From NCBI GenBank assembly GCA_045601365.1, contig JAZRZN010000080.1, forward strand, positions 7,806-71,805: DNA of 64,000 nucleotides, read 5' to 3'. Positions 46,414 through 56,587 of the stretch are shown here, piece by piece (positions within the stretch are counted from its first letter, which is position 1; the number at the start of each line of letters is the position of its first letter). The notes below the pieces were generated by a model. That model was not told the origin of the DNA and searched no databases. It saw only the letters and a list, made by a program, of their open reading frames with translations. Both the position numbers and the translations under genes were made by a program. This DNA is from Clostridia bacterium (GTDB lineage: Bacteria > Bacillota > Clostridia > Christensenellales > QALW01).

Positions 46414-48519
46414 TCAAATCAAAATCTCATCGCCTATTGAAACTTTTTTGGCGTATGTGTTTTCCGTCAGCCTGTAAAATCCGCCGACGGGCGTTTCGGA
46501 ATAAACAACAAGCGTGCCGCTGTCAAGCGGAAAGAGCTTTCTGCCGCCCTTTTTGACCGTTGCGGGAGACATATATTTTTCCTTAAGTCCGATGACAGCC
46601 TTGCCGCACTTTATGGGAACTAATATGAACAGCCTGAAATCATCGTAGTTTTTGAGCTTCAAATCAAGTACGCCGTCATATTCAAGCACTTCCGTTTCGC
46701 CCGTAAACCAATTATATACGGCATATTTCCCGGGTTTGAGCCCTTCGACATCCATAGGCGAAACACTGCCGTAAACCGTATTCTCATCTTTATCGAGATT
46801 GAATGCCGCTATCACTCCGCAATCGCCTATACGGTTGAATATCTTGAACACATTTCCGCTGTTTTCGGTATTGTCGAACATGCAGTCGCGTGTTGGAAGT
46901 GCGGGGTTTTTGAGCCTGATTATGCGTCCGTTGGAAAATACCGTAGGCATTATAACGTCGCATATGCTTCTGTTAAGCTCATCCGACATATAAATCGGTC
47001 CGCCGCTCATTGCGCGAAGCACGGCATTTTTCTTTGCCTGATCGTCGTCCGACCACCACATGTCCCAATCGCCCGTATAGACCGTTCCCTGCGTAAGCGA
47101 ATTGTAACTGCATTGCAACAAATGCTGAACGAACCATTTTCTGTTTTCGGGCTGAAAATCTCCCGAAAAACGGTTGACGTTTGATGTTCTGTTCCAGAAA
47201 TTTTCTATAGGCATGCCCATGCAGTTGATAAGCGCATTGCCGTAATACTTCGCTGCCGCATACTCTACCGCCGCATGAAGGTTGGCGGAGCATTTGCCGA
47301 TACTGCCCTTGCGGAACGTAAAGCTCTCCGTCGAACCCTGATTATCGACCTTTGTGAAATCTATTCCGCAATCCTTGTAAAACGCATGCTGAAGCGAATA
47401 GAATTTTTCGACCTTCTTTTCGTCGAAGCTGTGCATGTATCTTGCGCCGTCACCGCCCGCAGGGGTGAGCGTATATTCCATGAGATCACCGTGTTCGCGT
47501 GCAAGCTGACCGTCGGGGTTACAGCCGCGCCAATAACCGCTTATCGGATGCCATATACCGACTTTAAGTCCGTAATTTTCTTTGATCTTCGTTACCGCGC
47601 CCTTAAGCCCGTTGGGAAAACGCACGGGGTCTGCTTCCCACGAATTAAGCTCGCGTGAATACATCGTCGAACGGCTTATCGCGCTGACATCGCCCCACAT
47701 ATCGTCTATTATCATCCATCCGACGGGAATATTTTTATCCTTGAATTCCTGTGCCTTATCCAAGAGATCCTGCTCGGTAACATCCATGTGGAACGCATCC
47801 CACGAACACCAACCCAAATATTCCAAAACCTCGGGATATTTTTTGCTTCTTCTGAGTTTGCCGGGCTTAACCATAACGTCAAGACCGAATGCCACCGCGC
47901 TTTCGGGAAGCGCATACTCATCCTTTCCGACAGCGCCTACAAGGATGCATTCACTGTTCACCGTATCAAGCACGGTGTTTGAGTGCGCTATCAGCGAAGC
48001 ACATTTGCCGCACGGGAATATTTCTGTCTTGAAGTCCTTGTCGCAGGTAGTTGAAAAATATGTTTTATCCGCGCCCTGTGAGAGGAAAAGTGCCTGCGTT
48101 CGCGGCTTGATATCGCCCGTTTTGCTTCCTATGTACGGCTTCTGCCAGAATGTACCGTGCATGAACGCATCGACATAGTTGCCTGTATGAGGGATATCGA
48201 AATCAAGTCCGAAGCCGATAAACTCATCAAGATGCGTGCCCCATTCCTTTTCGTCAAGCACATCGTATTTGCCGTCGGCGATAAGCGCGAAACATTCATC
48301 TTCCTGTTTTATTGACAGTGTGAAATGCGCAGTGCCGTTAGCTGTTGCAAGAGTTACAGAATTTTCGTCCGTTTCGATAATATCAAGATACTTCTTGCCG
48401 TCAACGGTCGCTTTTTCCCACGGCTTGATGTCGGGATCTATCCAAAATGAAATATCCGAAAGTATCTTCTTTTTGCCGCAGTACAGCGACAACCCGTTTT
48501 TCAATGAAAAGTAGTACAT
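46414..48519 (-). CDS. Sip1/raffinose-synthase-related alpha-galactosidase (GH36)
   Basis: GWCSWDAF, IIDDMW, WH..GYW.G, KVDNQ, INCM, R.S.DF, DWDMW, SGGPIY.SD. Confidence 0.9.
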   Translation of the reverse strand: MYYFSLKNGLSLYCGKKKILSDISFWIDPDIKPWEKATVDGKKYLDIIETDENSVTLATANGTAHFTLSIKQEDECFALIADGKYDVLDEKEWGTHLDEFIGFGLDFDIPHTGNYVDAFMHGTFWQKPYIGSKTGDIKPRTQALFLSQGADKTYFSTTCDKDFKTEIFPCGKCASLIAHSNTVLDTVNSECILVGAVGKDEYALPESAVAFGLDVMVKPGKLRRSKKYPEVLEYLGWCSWDAFHMDVTEQDLLDKAQEFKDKNIPVGWMIIDDMWGDVSAISRSTMYSRELNSWEADPVRFPNGLKGAVTKIKENYGLKVGIWHPISGYWRGCNPDGQLAREHGDLMEYTLTPAGGDGARYMHSFDEKKVEKFYSLQHAFYKDCGIDFTKVDNQGSTESFTFRKGSIGKCSANLHAAVEYAAAKYYGNALINCMGMPIENFWNRTSNVNRFSGDFQPENRKWFVQHLLQCSYNSLTQGTVYTGDWDMWWSDDDQAKKNAVLRAMSGGPIYMSDELNRSICDVIMPTVFSNGRIIRLKNPALPTRDCMFDNTENSGNVFKIFNRIGDCGVIAAFNLDKDENTVYGSVSPMDVEGLKPGKYAVYNWFTGETEVLEYDGVLDLKLKNYDDFRLFILVPIKCGKAVIGLKEKYMSPATVKKGGRKLFPLDSGTLVVYSETPVGGFYRLTENTYAKKVSIGDEILI

Positions 48520-48567
48520 TTTTTCACCTCGTATTTTATTTTTTCGATAATGGGAAACCGTCCTTAC

Positions 48568-49404
48568 CTAATACGCCACAGCGTCAATACCGCAACGCAA
48601 GAATACATCAACGTTTTTATTAAGGCTTGCGGGTTCGTCAAAATCGGGAGCATACACTCTGCCGACGCTTGCGTATTTCGCGCCCGTCATGCGGTTGTAC
48701 GGTATAAGCTCGACCTTTATGTTTTCCCGCGCAGGCTTGAGAAATCCGGCTATCGCGCTTAAATTCTCATCGGTGTCCGTCACCGACGGGATGAGCGGGA
48801 CACGGAACGTCACAAACCGTTTTTCCGCCATAAGCCGACGTGCGTTGTTAAGTATAAGTGTGTTGCTTACGCCCGTATATTTTCTGTGCGCGTTTTCATC
48901 CATCAGCTTGATATCCATAAAGATATCGTCTATATACTCAAGTGTGCGCATAAAAGAGCTTGTTTCAACATATCCGCAGGTCTCCACCGCAGTGTTCATG
49001 CCGTTCAGCAAGCCGACGGTCTCAATGATGAACTGTCCGTGGCACAGCGGTTCTCCGCCGGAGAACGTAACACCGCCGCTTCTTAAAAACACTTCATTTT
49101 TAAGAAGCTTTTCGGCAAGTGCCTGCGGCGTATACTCTTTTCCCGCTATCCTGACATTATCCTCGGGGCAGATTTTTGTGCAAGTGCCGAAGCCGTGGCA
49201 TTCCTCATGCGTGCATTCACGCTTGCACAGCCCGCAATGTCTGCACTTATTGAGGTTTCGTATGATCTCACGTTCAAAGCTCTGCCCTTCGGGATTGTGA
49301 CACCACATGCACGAAAGCGGGCATCCCTTAAAAAATACCGTCGTGCGCATACCGTTCCCGTCATGCAGACCGAACTCTTTTATATCAAAAATCAAATCAT
49401 TCAT
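48568..49404 (-). CDS. Glycyl-radical enzyme activating enzyme (radical SAM)
   Basis: HDG.G.RTTVFFKGCPLSCMWCHNPE, ferredoxin-like Cys insert, GGVTFSGGEP, ETCG. Confidence 0.93.
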   Translation of the reverse strand: MNDLIFDIKEFGLHDGNGMRTTVFFKGCPLSCMWCHNPEGQSFEREIIRNLNKCRHCGLCKRECTHEECHGFGTCTKICPEDNVRIAGKEYTPQALAEKLLKNEVFLRSGGVTFSGGEPLCHGQFIIETVGLLNGMNTAVETCGYVETSSFMRTLEYIDDIFMDIKLMDENAHRKYTGVSNTLILNNARRLMAEKRFVTFRVPLIPSVTDTDENLSAIAGFLKPARENIKVELIPYNRMTGAKYASVGRVYAPDFDEPASLNKNVDVFLRCGIDAVAY

Positions 49405-51457
49405 CGAATTCCTGACGTGCGATAAGGTGATCCTGATATTCCTTATCAAGCTCTACAAAATACGCACTCCAGCCCCAGATGCGGACTATCATATTGGTAT
49501 AATTTTCGGGATGCTTCTGCGCGTCAAGCATGCGTTCGCGGTTTATGGAATTGAGCTGAAGCTGATGTCCGCCCATATCTATATACTGCTTTACAAGCTG
49601 TGCCACACGTTCAATGCCCTCATCGGTATTGAAAACCGTTGAGTGGAACTCCATGGTCAGCGGTCCGCCGTTTACCGCCTTATCGACAGGCTGACGCGAA
49701 AACGATTGTATTACCGAAAACGGACCTTTTGATTTAACGTACAGGCTCGGTGAGAAATTCGTACCGAACGGTTCTCCCTTGCGCCGTCCATCGGGAGATG
49801 CCTCTATTTCGTTCGCGTGCCACAGGTAGAACATCGCCGAGCCCGTACCGGCTCTGTATATTCCGCCGCGCTCGTTCTTTTTGCCCTTGAGTGAAGATGC
49901 CGCGCATGAAAGCAGCTTCGACGCTATTTGGTCAACGCTTTCGATATTATCACCCATCTTTGCCGTTTCATAGCGGCACACATGCAAAATATCCTCATAT
50001 CCGACAAAATCCGCTTTTACTGCCGCGATAAGCTTTTGTGCGGAAATATCTTTTTTATCAAAAACATGCTCGCGTATGACCTCAAGTGAATCCGCCGCGG
50101 TGGCTATGCCCGTGCCGTGTATACCGAAATTATTGTATTTGTTGCCGAACGAAATATCCTTTGCATTTTCGATGCAATTATCCATAAGTATCGAATAGAA
50201 CGGTGCGGGAACGCTGTAGAGATCATGTATGTTCGCGCATATCGCATCAAGCTCGGAAGCGATCTCCGCATATATTTTTTCCATGAAAGTATCGAATGTA
50301 TCGGAATCTTTAAGGTATGCGAAAGTTACATTCTCAACTACCTTGGGATAGGAAAGCGCACCGATATTCGTTATATCCGCCGCGCAACCGGGAAGCAGAA
50401 ATTCCCAGCATGCCGCCACGGTATAATTGCGTGCATCTTTTATATCGTAGCCGAGTTCTGCAAGTCCCGGGATCACAACATCGTCGTTAGAATACTGCGG
50501 GAAGCCAAGTCCGGCTTTGGTAAGGCGGGTACCCTCAATATATCTTTCATACGGCGTATTTTTCGACACGCGAAGGTTTATTTTCGGGTCGATGAGCTTA
50601 AGCTCACAGCTTGTACGCAAACATATTTCGGAAAGCATGTTATACGAATCATTGCCGTCCTCGTCAACGCCGCCGAGCATCATCGACTGTCCGTTATCGC
50701 CGAGCTGAACGCCGACGTATTTATCGTTATCCCAGTTGAAGCTTATGAAAAACTCTTCCGTAAGCTTTTCGGCTTCCTCGCGCGTAAGTCTGTTTTCATC
50801 CATATCCTTTTTAAGATACGGATAGGCGAATTTATCGAATCTGCCGACAGTGTTATGGTATTCGCCCTCAGCCCAGAGCGTATAATGCAAAATGCGGAAG
50901 AATTGAAGCACGTCGCGGTAGCACGTTGCGCCCTTGTGAGGAACGCGCTCAAGCGTTTCGACTATATCGCCTCTGCCCAAGCGTGCGGCTTCCGCTTTAT
51001 ATCGGTCGCAAAGCCCGAATACGGTATCTATCTGTGCGCGTGCCGCCTCAAGGAACGCAGTGCCGTCTGTATCGTTCTCGCGCTTCGCCCTTTCAAGTCT
51101 TGCTTCTATCTCGTCCCTGCGTGCGTCAAGCCCGACCTTTATCGTGCTTGCATAATCGGCGCAAAGGTTCGAAATATATCCAAGCTCATGCAAAAAATGC
51201 TTGCTTTTTACTTCTTCCCATTCGTCATCCTCAAATATGCTCGGAATATCCGTCACAGTACGGATGAAAACTATGTTCTGATTTTCAAGTATATGCACTT
51301 CTTCCTGTTCGAATACTTCCTTAAGGCGCATAGCCATGCGCGTCACGGGAAGGATGCTTCTGTTCGTAAAATCGGAAGCCTTGCTTTTATCGAACGGCTT
51401 TCTGAATTTGTGATGCTCCTTTGACAGCACCTGTCTGTACAGATCTTTATTATACAT
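49397..51457 (-). CDS. Glycyl radical enzyme (PFL superfamily), function unknown
   Basis: GRFD, Cys loop VAACWE, SPDGR..GEP, QLN, AQKHPENY..MIVRIWGWSAYF. Confidence 0.92.
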   Translation of the reverse strand: MYNKDLYRQVLSKEHHKFRKPFDKSKASDFTNRSILPVTRMAMRLKEVFEQEEVHILENQNIVFIRTVTDIPSIFEDDEWEEVKSKHFLHELGYISNLCADYASTIKVGLDARRDEIEARLERAKRENDTDGTAFLEAARAQIDTVFGLCDRYKAEAARLGRGDIVETLERVPHKGATCYRDVLQFFRILHYTLWAEGEYHNTVGRFDKFAYPYLKKDMDENRLTREEAEKLTEEFFISFNWDNDKYVGVQLGDNGQSMMLGGVDEDGNDSYNMLSEICLRTSCELKLIDPKINLRVSKNTPYERYIEGTRLTKAGLGFPQYSNDDVVIPGLAELGYDIKDARNYTVAACWEFLLPGCAADITNIGALSYPKVVENVTFAYLKDSDTFDTFMEKIYAEIASELDAICANIHDLYSVPAPFYSILMDNCIENAKDISFGNKYNNFGIHGTGIATAADSLEVIREHVFDKKDISAQKLIAAVKADFVGYEDILHVCRYETAKMGDNIESVDQIASKLLSCAASSLKGKKNERGGIYRAGTGSAMFYLWHANEIEASPDGRRKGEPFGTNFSPSLYVKSKGPFSVIQSFSRQPVDKAVNGGPLTMEFHSTVFNTDEGIERVAQLVKQYIDMGGHQLQLNSINRERMLDAQKHPENYTNMIVRIWGWSAYFVELDKEYQDHLIARQEFDE

Positions 51458-51469
51458 ATGAGTTTCCTT

Positions 51470-52021
51470 TCAAATAAATCGTTTTAATTCTCTGTAAAGC
51501 CTGCCGCACGGCAATCCCATGACAGTATAAAAATCGCCGTTGATGCGTTTTATGAATTTTGCGCCCTTGCCCTGTATGCCGTATGCGCCCGCCTTGTCCA
51601 TCGGCTCACCCGATGCGACATATGTCATTATATCATTTTCATCCAGCGGAAAAAACTCCACCTCTGCGGTATCGGCAAAGGATATCTCTTTTTCGGGCGA
51701 AATAATGCTTACGCCGGTGATTACCTTATGCGTTTTCCCCGAAAGCTTCCTGAGCATGGCACACGCTTCGTCTTTTGATGCGGGCTTGCCCAAAAACACA
51801 CCGTCGATATAAACCGACGTATCAGCCCCTATCACGGTATCGTTTTTGTGTACATCAAACACTTCACGCGCCTTTGAGTATGCTACAAGCTCAACGGCTT
51901 TTTCGGGGCTGACCGATGTATCTATTTCTATCTCGTGCTTTGCGGGGATCACATCGAATGTGATATCAAGAAGCGAAAGTATTTCCCTGCGCCGAGGTGA
52001 CGCCGAAGCAAGTATGATCAT
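51470..52021 (-). CDS. maf: Maf nucleotide pyrophosphatase
   Basis: ILASASPRR, IGADT, LGKP, DKAGAYGIQ, VMGLP. Confidence 0.95.
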   Translation of the reverse strand: MIILASASPRRREILSLLDITFDVIPAKHEIEIDTSVSPEKAVELVAYSKAREVFDVHKNDTVIGADTSVYIDGVFLGKPASKDEACAMLRKLSGKTHKVITGVSIISPEKEISFADTAEVEFFPLDENDIMTYVASGEPMDKAGAYGIQGKGAKFIKRINGDFYTVMGLPCGRLYRELKRFI

Positions 52022-52947
52022 TCGCCTAAAAGCGCAGAACCGATTATACCTGCGTCGTTACCCATTTCGGCTTTAAGCACTCGCGTGTTCTGCATAGCAC
52101 TGAACGTAACATATTTGGGGAATTCTTTGCGCACGGGCTCAAGCAGGAAATCGCCGGAATTTGCTACACCGCCGCCGAGCGCGATAACATCGGGATCAAG
52201 GAAATTAACTATGCTTGCGATCGCCTGCGCAAGATTCGATACATATTCGTCGAACAGCTCCACTCCGAGCTTATCGCCCGCTTTTGCCGCGTCGATAACG
52301 ACCTTGGCATTTATTGCATCAGCCTTTGCGATGCACGATTCCGGATGCACTTCAACTGCTTTTTTCGCCATTTTAACAAGCGCGGTAGCCGAACAGTAGG
52401 CTTCCATACAGCCCGAATTGCCGCATCCGCACTTTTCACCGCCGACCTTGAATACGGTATGTCCTATCTCCGCACCGATATTGTGGCTTCCCGAATGAAG
52501 CTTACCGTCAAGGATTATACCGCCGCCCACGCCCGTACCGAGTGTGAGCATGACAAAGTTCTTCGCGCCCTTGCCGCAACCGCCGATATATTCTGCCCAA
52601 GCCGCAACATTAGCGTCGTTGCCGAGGTATACGGGCTTATCAACATACTTCTGAAGCTCGGCGCGAAGCGGATAATTCACCCACTTGATATTGCTGTTAT
52701 CGGTAGCAAGTCCCTTTTCGTTATCAAGCACACCCGGTGCGCCGATACCGATATATTTTATATCGTCAAGTGTGAGTGAATTTTCATTCACAAGCTTATG
52801 AACGAGCATTCCCATATCCTTGACCATTTCGCCGTAATCTCTGCCGAGCAGTGTAGGCACGGAAGCGCGTGCGACTATTTCATATTTTTCGTTTACAAGT
52901 CCCGCCGCAATATTCGTTCCGCCGAAATCAATACCTATTGTATACAT
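52018..52947 (-). CDS. ROK family glucokinase
   Basis: IDFGGT, NDAN.AA, TLGTGVGGG, EIGH, CGCG..GC.E. Confidence 0.9.
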   Translation of the reverse strand: MYTIGIDFGGTNIAAGLVNEKYEIVARASVPTLLGRDYGEMVKDMGMLVHKLVNENSLTLDDIKYIGIGAPGVLDNEKGLATDNSNIKWVNYPLRAELQKYVDKPVYLGNDANVAAWAEYIGGCGKGAKNFVMLTLGTGVGGGIILDGKLHSGSHNIGAEIGHTVFKVGGEKCGCGNSGCMEAYCSATALVKMAKKAVEVHPESCIAKADAINAKVVIDAAKAGDKLGVELFDEYVSNLAQAIASIVNFLDPDVIALGGGVANSGDFLLEPVRKEFPKYVTFSAMQNTRVLKAEMGNDAGIIGSALLGE

Positions 52948-52950
52948 GTT

Positions 52951-53871
52951 TTATTCCTCCGTCATTTTTGATCTTCTTTGCTTTATTTCTTCAAGGGCGC
53001 TGTAGCCCGACTGTTTAAGTCTTGTGTTCCTTGCCGCAGATTCCATTATGATGGCAAGATTTCTTCCGGGTCGTATCGGGATAGTCAAAAGCGGCACGGA
53101 AACACCGAGTATCTCCTGCCTGTCCTGTTCCATACCGAGACGGTCATAATTTTTGTCCTTGTCCCAATATTCCATATGCACGACAAGGTCGATGCTTTTT
53201 GAATCTATCACCGCACTTATGCCGTACATCAGCTCAACGTTGATTATGCCGACACCGCGTATCTCCATCATATGGCTGATAAACTCGGGTGCTTCACCTA
53301 TAAGGCGGTTCTCGGATATGCGCTTGACTATCACCGCATCATCGGCTACAAGGCGATGTCCGCGCTTGACAAGCTCAAGTGCCGTCTCGCTTTTGCCGAT
53401 GCCGGAATCGCCCGTGAGCAATACTCCGAGCCCGTAAATATCAAGCAAAACACCGTGTATCGTCTCCATCGGCGCGAGCTTGTGATTCAGGTATGATGCC
53501 ATTTCGGCAACAAGCTTTGTAGCAGGCATTTTTCTCGATTTGAACACGGTCACATTTTTTTCGCGTGCGCAATCGGCAAGCTCGGGGATATCCTCTGCAT
53601 TACTGCTTATGACCATGAACGGGAATTTGCGTTCAAAAAGGTCATTAAGCGTGTTTGTACGCGCAGATGTGTCAAGCGACATCAGATACGATTGTTCCGC
53701 CGTACCTATGACCTGTATGCGCGTATCGTCGAAGCGGTCATGGTAGCCCGTAAGGAACAACCCGGGGCGGTTGATGTCAAAGCAGGTCAACGCGACCTTT
53801 TTTCTGTTGCCGTCGCACAGGATATCAAGGTCAAGATCCCGCGACAGCCGATTTACCGATATTTCAGTCAC
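52951..53871 (-). CDS. hprK: HPr kinase/phosphorylase
   Basis: NRPGL, GDSGIGKSETALEL, LVADD, EIRG.GI, PGRN. Confidence 0.96.
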   Translation of the reverse strand: MTEISVNRLSRDLDLDILCDGNRKKVALTCFDINRPGLFLTGYHDRFDDTRIQVIGTAEQSYLMSLDTSARTNTLNDLFERKFPFMVISSNAEDIPELADCAREKNVTVFKSRKMPATKLVAEMASYLNHKLAPMETIHGVLLDIYGLGVLLTGDSGIGKSETALELVKRGHRLVADDAVIVKRISENRLIGEAPEFISHMMEIRGVGIINVELMYGISAVIDSKSIDLVVHMEYWDKDKNYDRLGMEQDRQEILGVSVPLLTIPIRPGRNLAIIMESAARNTRLKQSGYSALEEIKQRRSKMTEE

Positions 53872-53873
53872 TG

Positions 53874-54680
53874 TTATATCTCCTTCAGCATAAGCCGTTT
53901 TATTGTTTTTGCAACACCGTCGTTGTCATTGCTCTCGACTATCAGCTTGGAAACGCGCTTTGCTTCCTCCCAGCCGTTGCCGACGCACACAGGGAAACCC
54001 GTATTTTCAAGCATTGCGACATCGTTGCCGCTGTCGCCGAACACTATAAGCTCGTCCCGCGTATGACCGAGCTTTTCGACAAGGTAATTAAGTGCGATAT
54101 GCTTCTGTGCCGTAAGTGACGAGCATTCGACATATGTTTTGCTTGAAGCGCAGATATTTATTTTTCCTCCGAGCATTTCGCGCACACGCGCATCATGCAC
54201 CGCTATATCCTCGGGTTCGCCGATAAAGATCATCTTTGATATCTTACGGCCCCTGATAAATTCATGCATATCGCCCTCTATCTTATGCGAAGCACTTCCC
54301 GTATCGGCGAAATACTGATCGGAATATTTATCAAGGCAGTTCACATACAGCACGTTGTCTATATATACCTGCATATGGATGGAATGTTCTATCGCATAAT
54401 CCACCAAGACATGCGCATATTCTTCCTCAAGCGGGCGACTGTATATATGCTCGTGCGTGAAATTATCATAAATATCCGCGCCCATATTCACTATGGCATA
54501 CCTGCAAAACGGTATGTCCGGCAGTATGTGCTTCAGGGAATCGTACATCCTGCCGGTGCAGATAATAAATTCATATCCCTGTTCATAGGCTTGCTTCAGC
54601 ACCGCACATGAATACGGGCTGATTTTTTTGTTTGAATCAAGAAGTGTTCCGTCAAGGTCAGATGCTATAAGCTTAAACAT
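53874..54680 (-). CDS. Cof-type HAD-IIB hydrolase
   Basis: DLDGTLL, CTGR, FGDSGND..ML, NDNDGVA. Confidence 0.92.
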   Translation of the reverse strand: MFKLIASDLDGTLLDSNKKISPYSCAVLKQAYEQGYEFIICTGRMYDSLKHILPDIPFCRYAIVNMGADIYDNFTHEHIYSRPLEEEYAHVLVDYAIEHSIHMQVYIDNVLYVNCLDKYSDQYFADTGSASHKIEGDMHEFIRGRKISKMIFIGEPEDIAVHDARVREMLGGKINICASSKTYVECSSLTAQKHIALNYLVEKLGHTRDELIVFGDSGNDVAMLENTGFPVCVGNGWEEAKRVSKLIVESNDNDGVAKTIKRLMLKEI

Positions 54681-54698
54681 TTGTATCTCCAATCTTTT

Positions 54699-54950
54699 TT
54701 ACTTCGGGCAGATCTCTCCCGCATCGACGAGAATGACATCATCGCCGAGCTTGTGTATCTTGCTCCACGGTATTATAACATTCTTTTGCTTCTGAAAGCA
54801 AGCAAATATATTAAAGCTTCCCGGCACGATTATGGCATCGAGCCTGCATGAGCGTATGTCGATTATTACATCGCACACACAGCCGAGCCGCCTGCCGTCG
54901 CATACATTTATTACTTCCTTGTGCTTCAAATCGGAAAACGTCATAAACAT
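54699..54950 (-). CDS. ylmC: YlmC/YmxH PRC-barrel sporulation protein
   Basis: KEVIN..DG.RLG.V.D, IPW.KI.K.GDDVILV. Confidence 0.88.
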   Translation of the reverse strand: MFMTFSDLKHKEVINVCDGRRLGCVCDVIIDIRSCRLDAIIVPGSFNIFACFQKQKNVIIPWSKIHKLGDDVILVDAGEICPK

Positions 54951-54962
54951 CCCTCCGATTTA

Positions 54963-54970
54963 ATTGTATG
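54963..54970 (-). promoter_or_regulatory. SigE-type -10 box upstream of ylmC
   Basis: Minus strand CATACAAT, 12 bp before the start codon. Confidence 0.5.
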
Positions 54971-54996
54971 CAGGATTTCTGTTTTGTTGAAGCTTT

Positions 54997-56184
54997 TTAC
55001 AGAAAATTGACAAAATCCCGGTCTATCTGAATGACGCATCTGTATCTTGCATCAAGTGCGGCGATATTCTCCTTAAGCATTTTTACTGTTTCCGCCGCGC
55101 ATTCGTCGCTCACCTCAAACGGCATCACCACATCGAAAATTATATTTATACTATTTACGCCGTCGGTCATTCGCAGATCGTGGAACTTCATGCTGCCGTT
55201 TTGCTTTTCAAGCGTCTCATGTATGCAATTTTTCACATTTTCAAGCAACGGGTTGTCAGTTGAAACAGGGTCCATGTGTATCGTAAGCTCGCATCCCGTT
55301 TCACGGAATATCGCTTGCTCGGCGGCATCTATTGCCTCATGCGCCGCCACAATATCGGCAGTATCGCTTATTTCAGCATGCACCGAGGCAAACAGTCTGC
55401 CGGGACCGTAATCGTGGATGATAAGGTCATGGATGTCGATTATTTCCGGGGTCTCGCTCAGTTTTTGGCGTATCAGCATCACCGTTTCCTTGTCCGGAGC
55501 TTTGCCGAGGAGCAGACCTACCGTATCCTTTGCGACACCGAAGCCGGCGTACATTATAAGGAGCGATACCGCCGCACCTGCATATCCGTCGATCACGAAC
55601 GGAAGAACATGCAAGCCGTCGATCATCGCCGAAAGTATTACCGCACCTGTTGCGATACAGTCATTACGGCTGTCAAGTGCCGTGGCGTGAAGCGTCTCGG
55701 AGCTTATCTTTTTTCCGAAAAAGCTGTTATACCCATACATGAACAGCTTTATCGGCAATGATACAGAGAGCAGTGCTATCATCAGCCAATTTACGCTTTC
55801 CGCCTGCGTGGGATGTATTATTTTGTCGAACGATGTCTTGAACAACTCCACTCCGACTAACATTATTATGAAAGATACTATCAGTGCCGACACATATTCA
55901 AAGCGTCCGTGTCCAAACGGATGATCCCTGTCCGGCTTACGGTTCGCAAGGCGTATGCCGACTACCGATATCACCGTACTGCCCATATCCGACAGGTTGT
56001 TGAAGGCATCCGATATCACCGCCACACTGCCTATCATCCCGCCGACGGTCAGCTTCAAAACAAACAGGAGCATATTGCATATTATTCCCGTTATCCCGCT
56101 CAAAAGACCGTATCGGCTTCGCACGAGCGGATCTGAAACATTTTCGTGATCCTTCACGAATAATCTGAGCATAAAATCAAACAT
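54997..56184 (-). CDS. Cation diffusion facilitator transporter
   Basis: DAFNNLSD, HPFGHGR.E, DSRND, HDL.IHDYGPG. Confidence 0.92.
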   Translation of the reverse strand: MFDFMLRLFVKDHENVSDPLVRSRYGLLSGITGIICNMLLFVLKLTVGGMIGSVAVISDAFNNLSDMGSTVISVVGIRLANRKPDRDHPFGHGRFEYVSALIVSFIIMLVGVELFKTSFDKIIHPTQAESVNWLMIALLSVSLPIKLFMYGYNSFFGKKISSETLHATALDSRNDCIATGAVILSAMIDGLHVLPFVIDGYAGAAVSLLIMYAGFGVAKDTVGLLLGKAPDKETVMLIRQKLSETPEIIDIHDLIIHDYGPGRLFASVHAEISDTADIVAAHEAIDAAEQAIFRETGCELTIHMDPVSTDNPLLENVKNCIHETLEKQNGSMKFHDLRMTDGVNSINIIFDVVMPFEVSDECAAETVKMLKENIAALDARYRCVIQIDRDFVNFL

Positions 56185-56290
56185 ATCACAATTCCTTGAT
56201 AAAACGCAATTTTCCGATGCTTGTTATTATATTATAACATACTTTTATTTGAAACGCTACAATATATTTCAAGCAAAATATAAATAGCGA

Positions 56291-56320
56291 TTGACAATAT
56301 CGAATGCTATTCATTATAAT
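56291..56320 (+). promoter_or_regulatory. Sigma-A promoter
   Basis: TTGACA-18 bp-TATAAT. Confidence 0.7.
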
Positions 56321-56344
56321 TAGAATATGAGGAGAGAAATGATC

Positions 56345-56587
56345 ATGCGATTGGATAAATACTTAAAAGTCTCAAGAATAATCAAGCGGCGCACGGTATC
56401 GAATGACGCATGCGATGCCGGCAGAGTCACCGTGAACGGAAAAAGCGCAAAGGCAAGCTATAATGTCAAGGTCGGTGATGTGCTGAGCATCACGTTCGGT
56501 GACCGCGAGCATTCGTTCAGGGTACTTTTTACCGAGGAGCGCGACGCAAAGCTTGCTTCAAGCCCGATGTTTGAGGAAATATTATGA
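56345..56587 (+). CDS. yabO: S4-domain RNA-binding protein YabO/RqcP
   Basis: [22 protein letters not shown]. Confidence 0.92.
   Translation: MRLDKYLKVSRIIKRRTVSNDACDAGRVTVNGKSAKASYNVKVGDVLSITFGDREHSFRVLFTEERDAKLASSPMFEEIL

Noticed and set aside
50117-51424. 435-aa plus-strand ORF and other long antisense ORFs (27643-28434, 35566-36351, 38748-39461)
   Set aside because: They are shadows fully antisense to well-supported genes, with no recognisable motifs
49397-51457. Annotation as pyruvate formate-lyase (pflB)
   Set aside because: It lacks the adjacent Cys-Cys pair and RVSGY loop, and the activase has a ferredoxin-like insert unlike PflA
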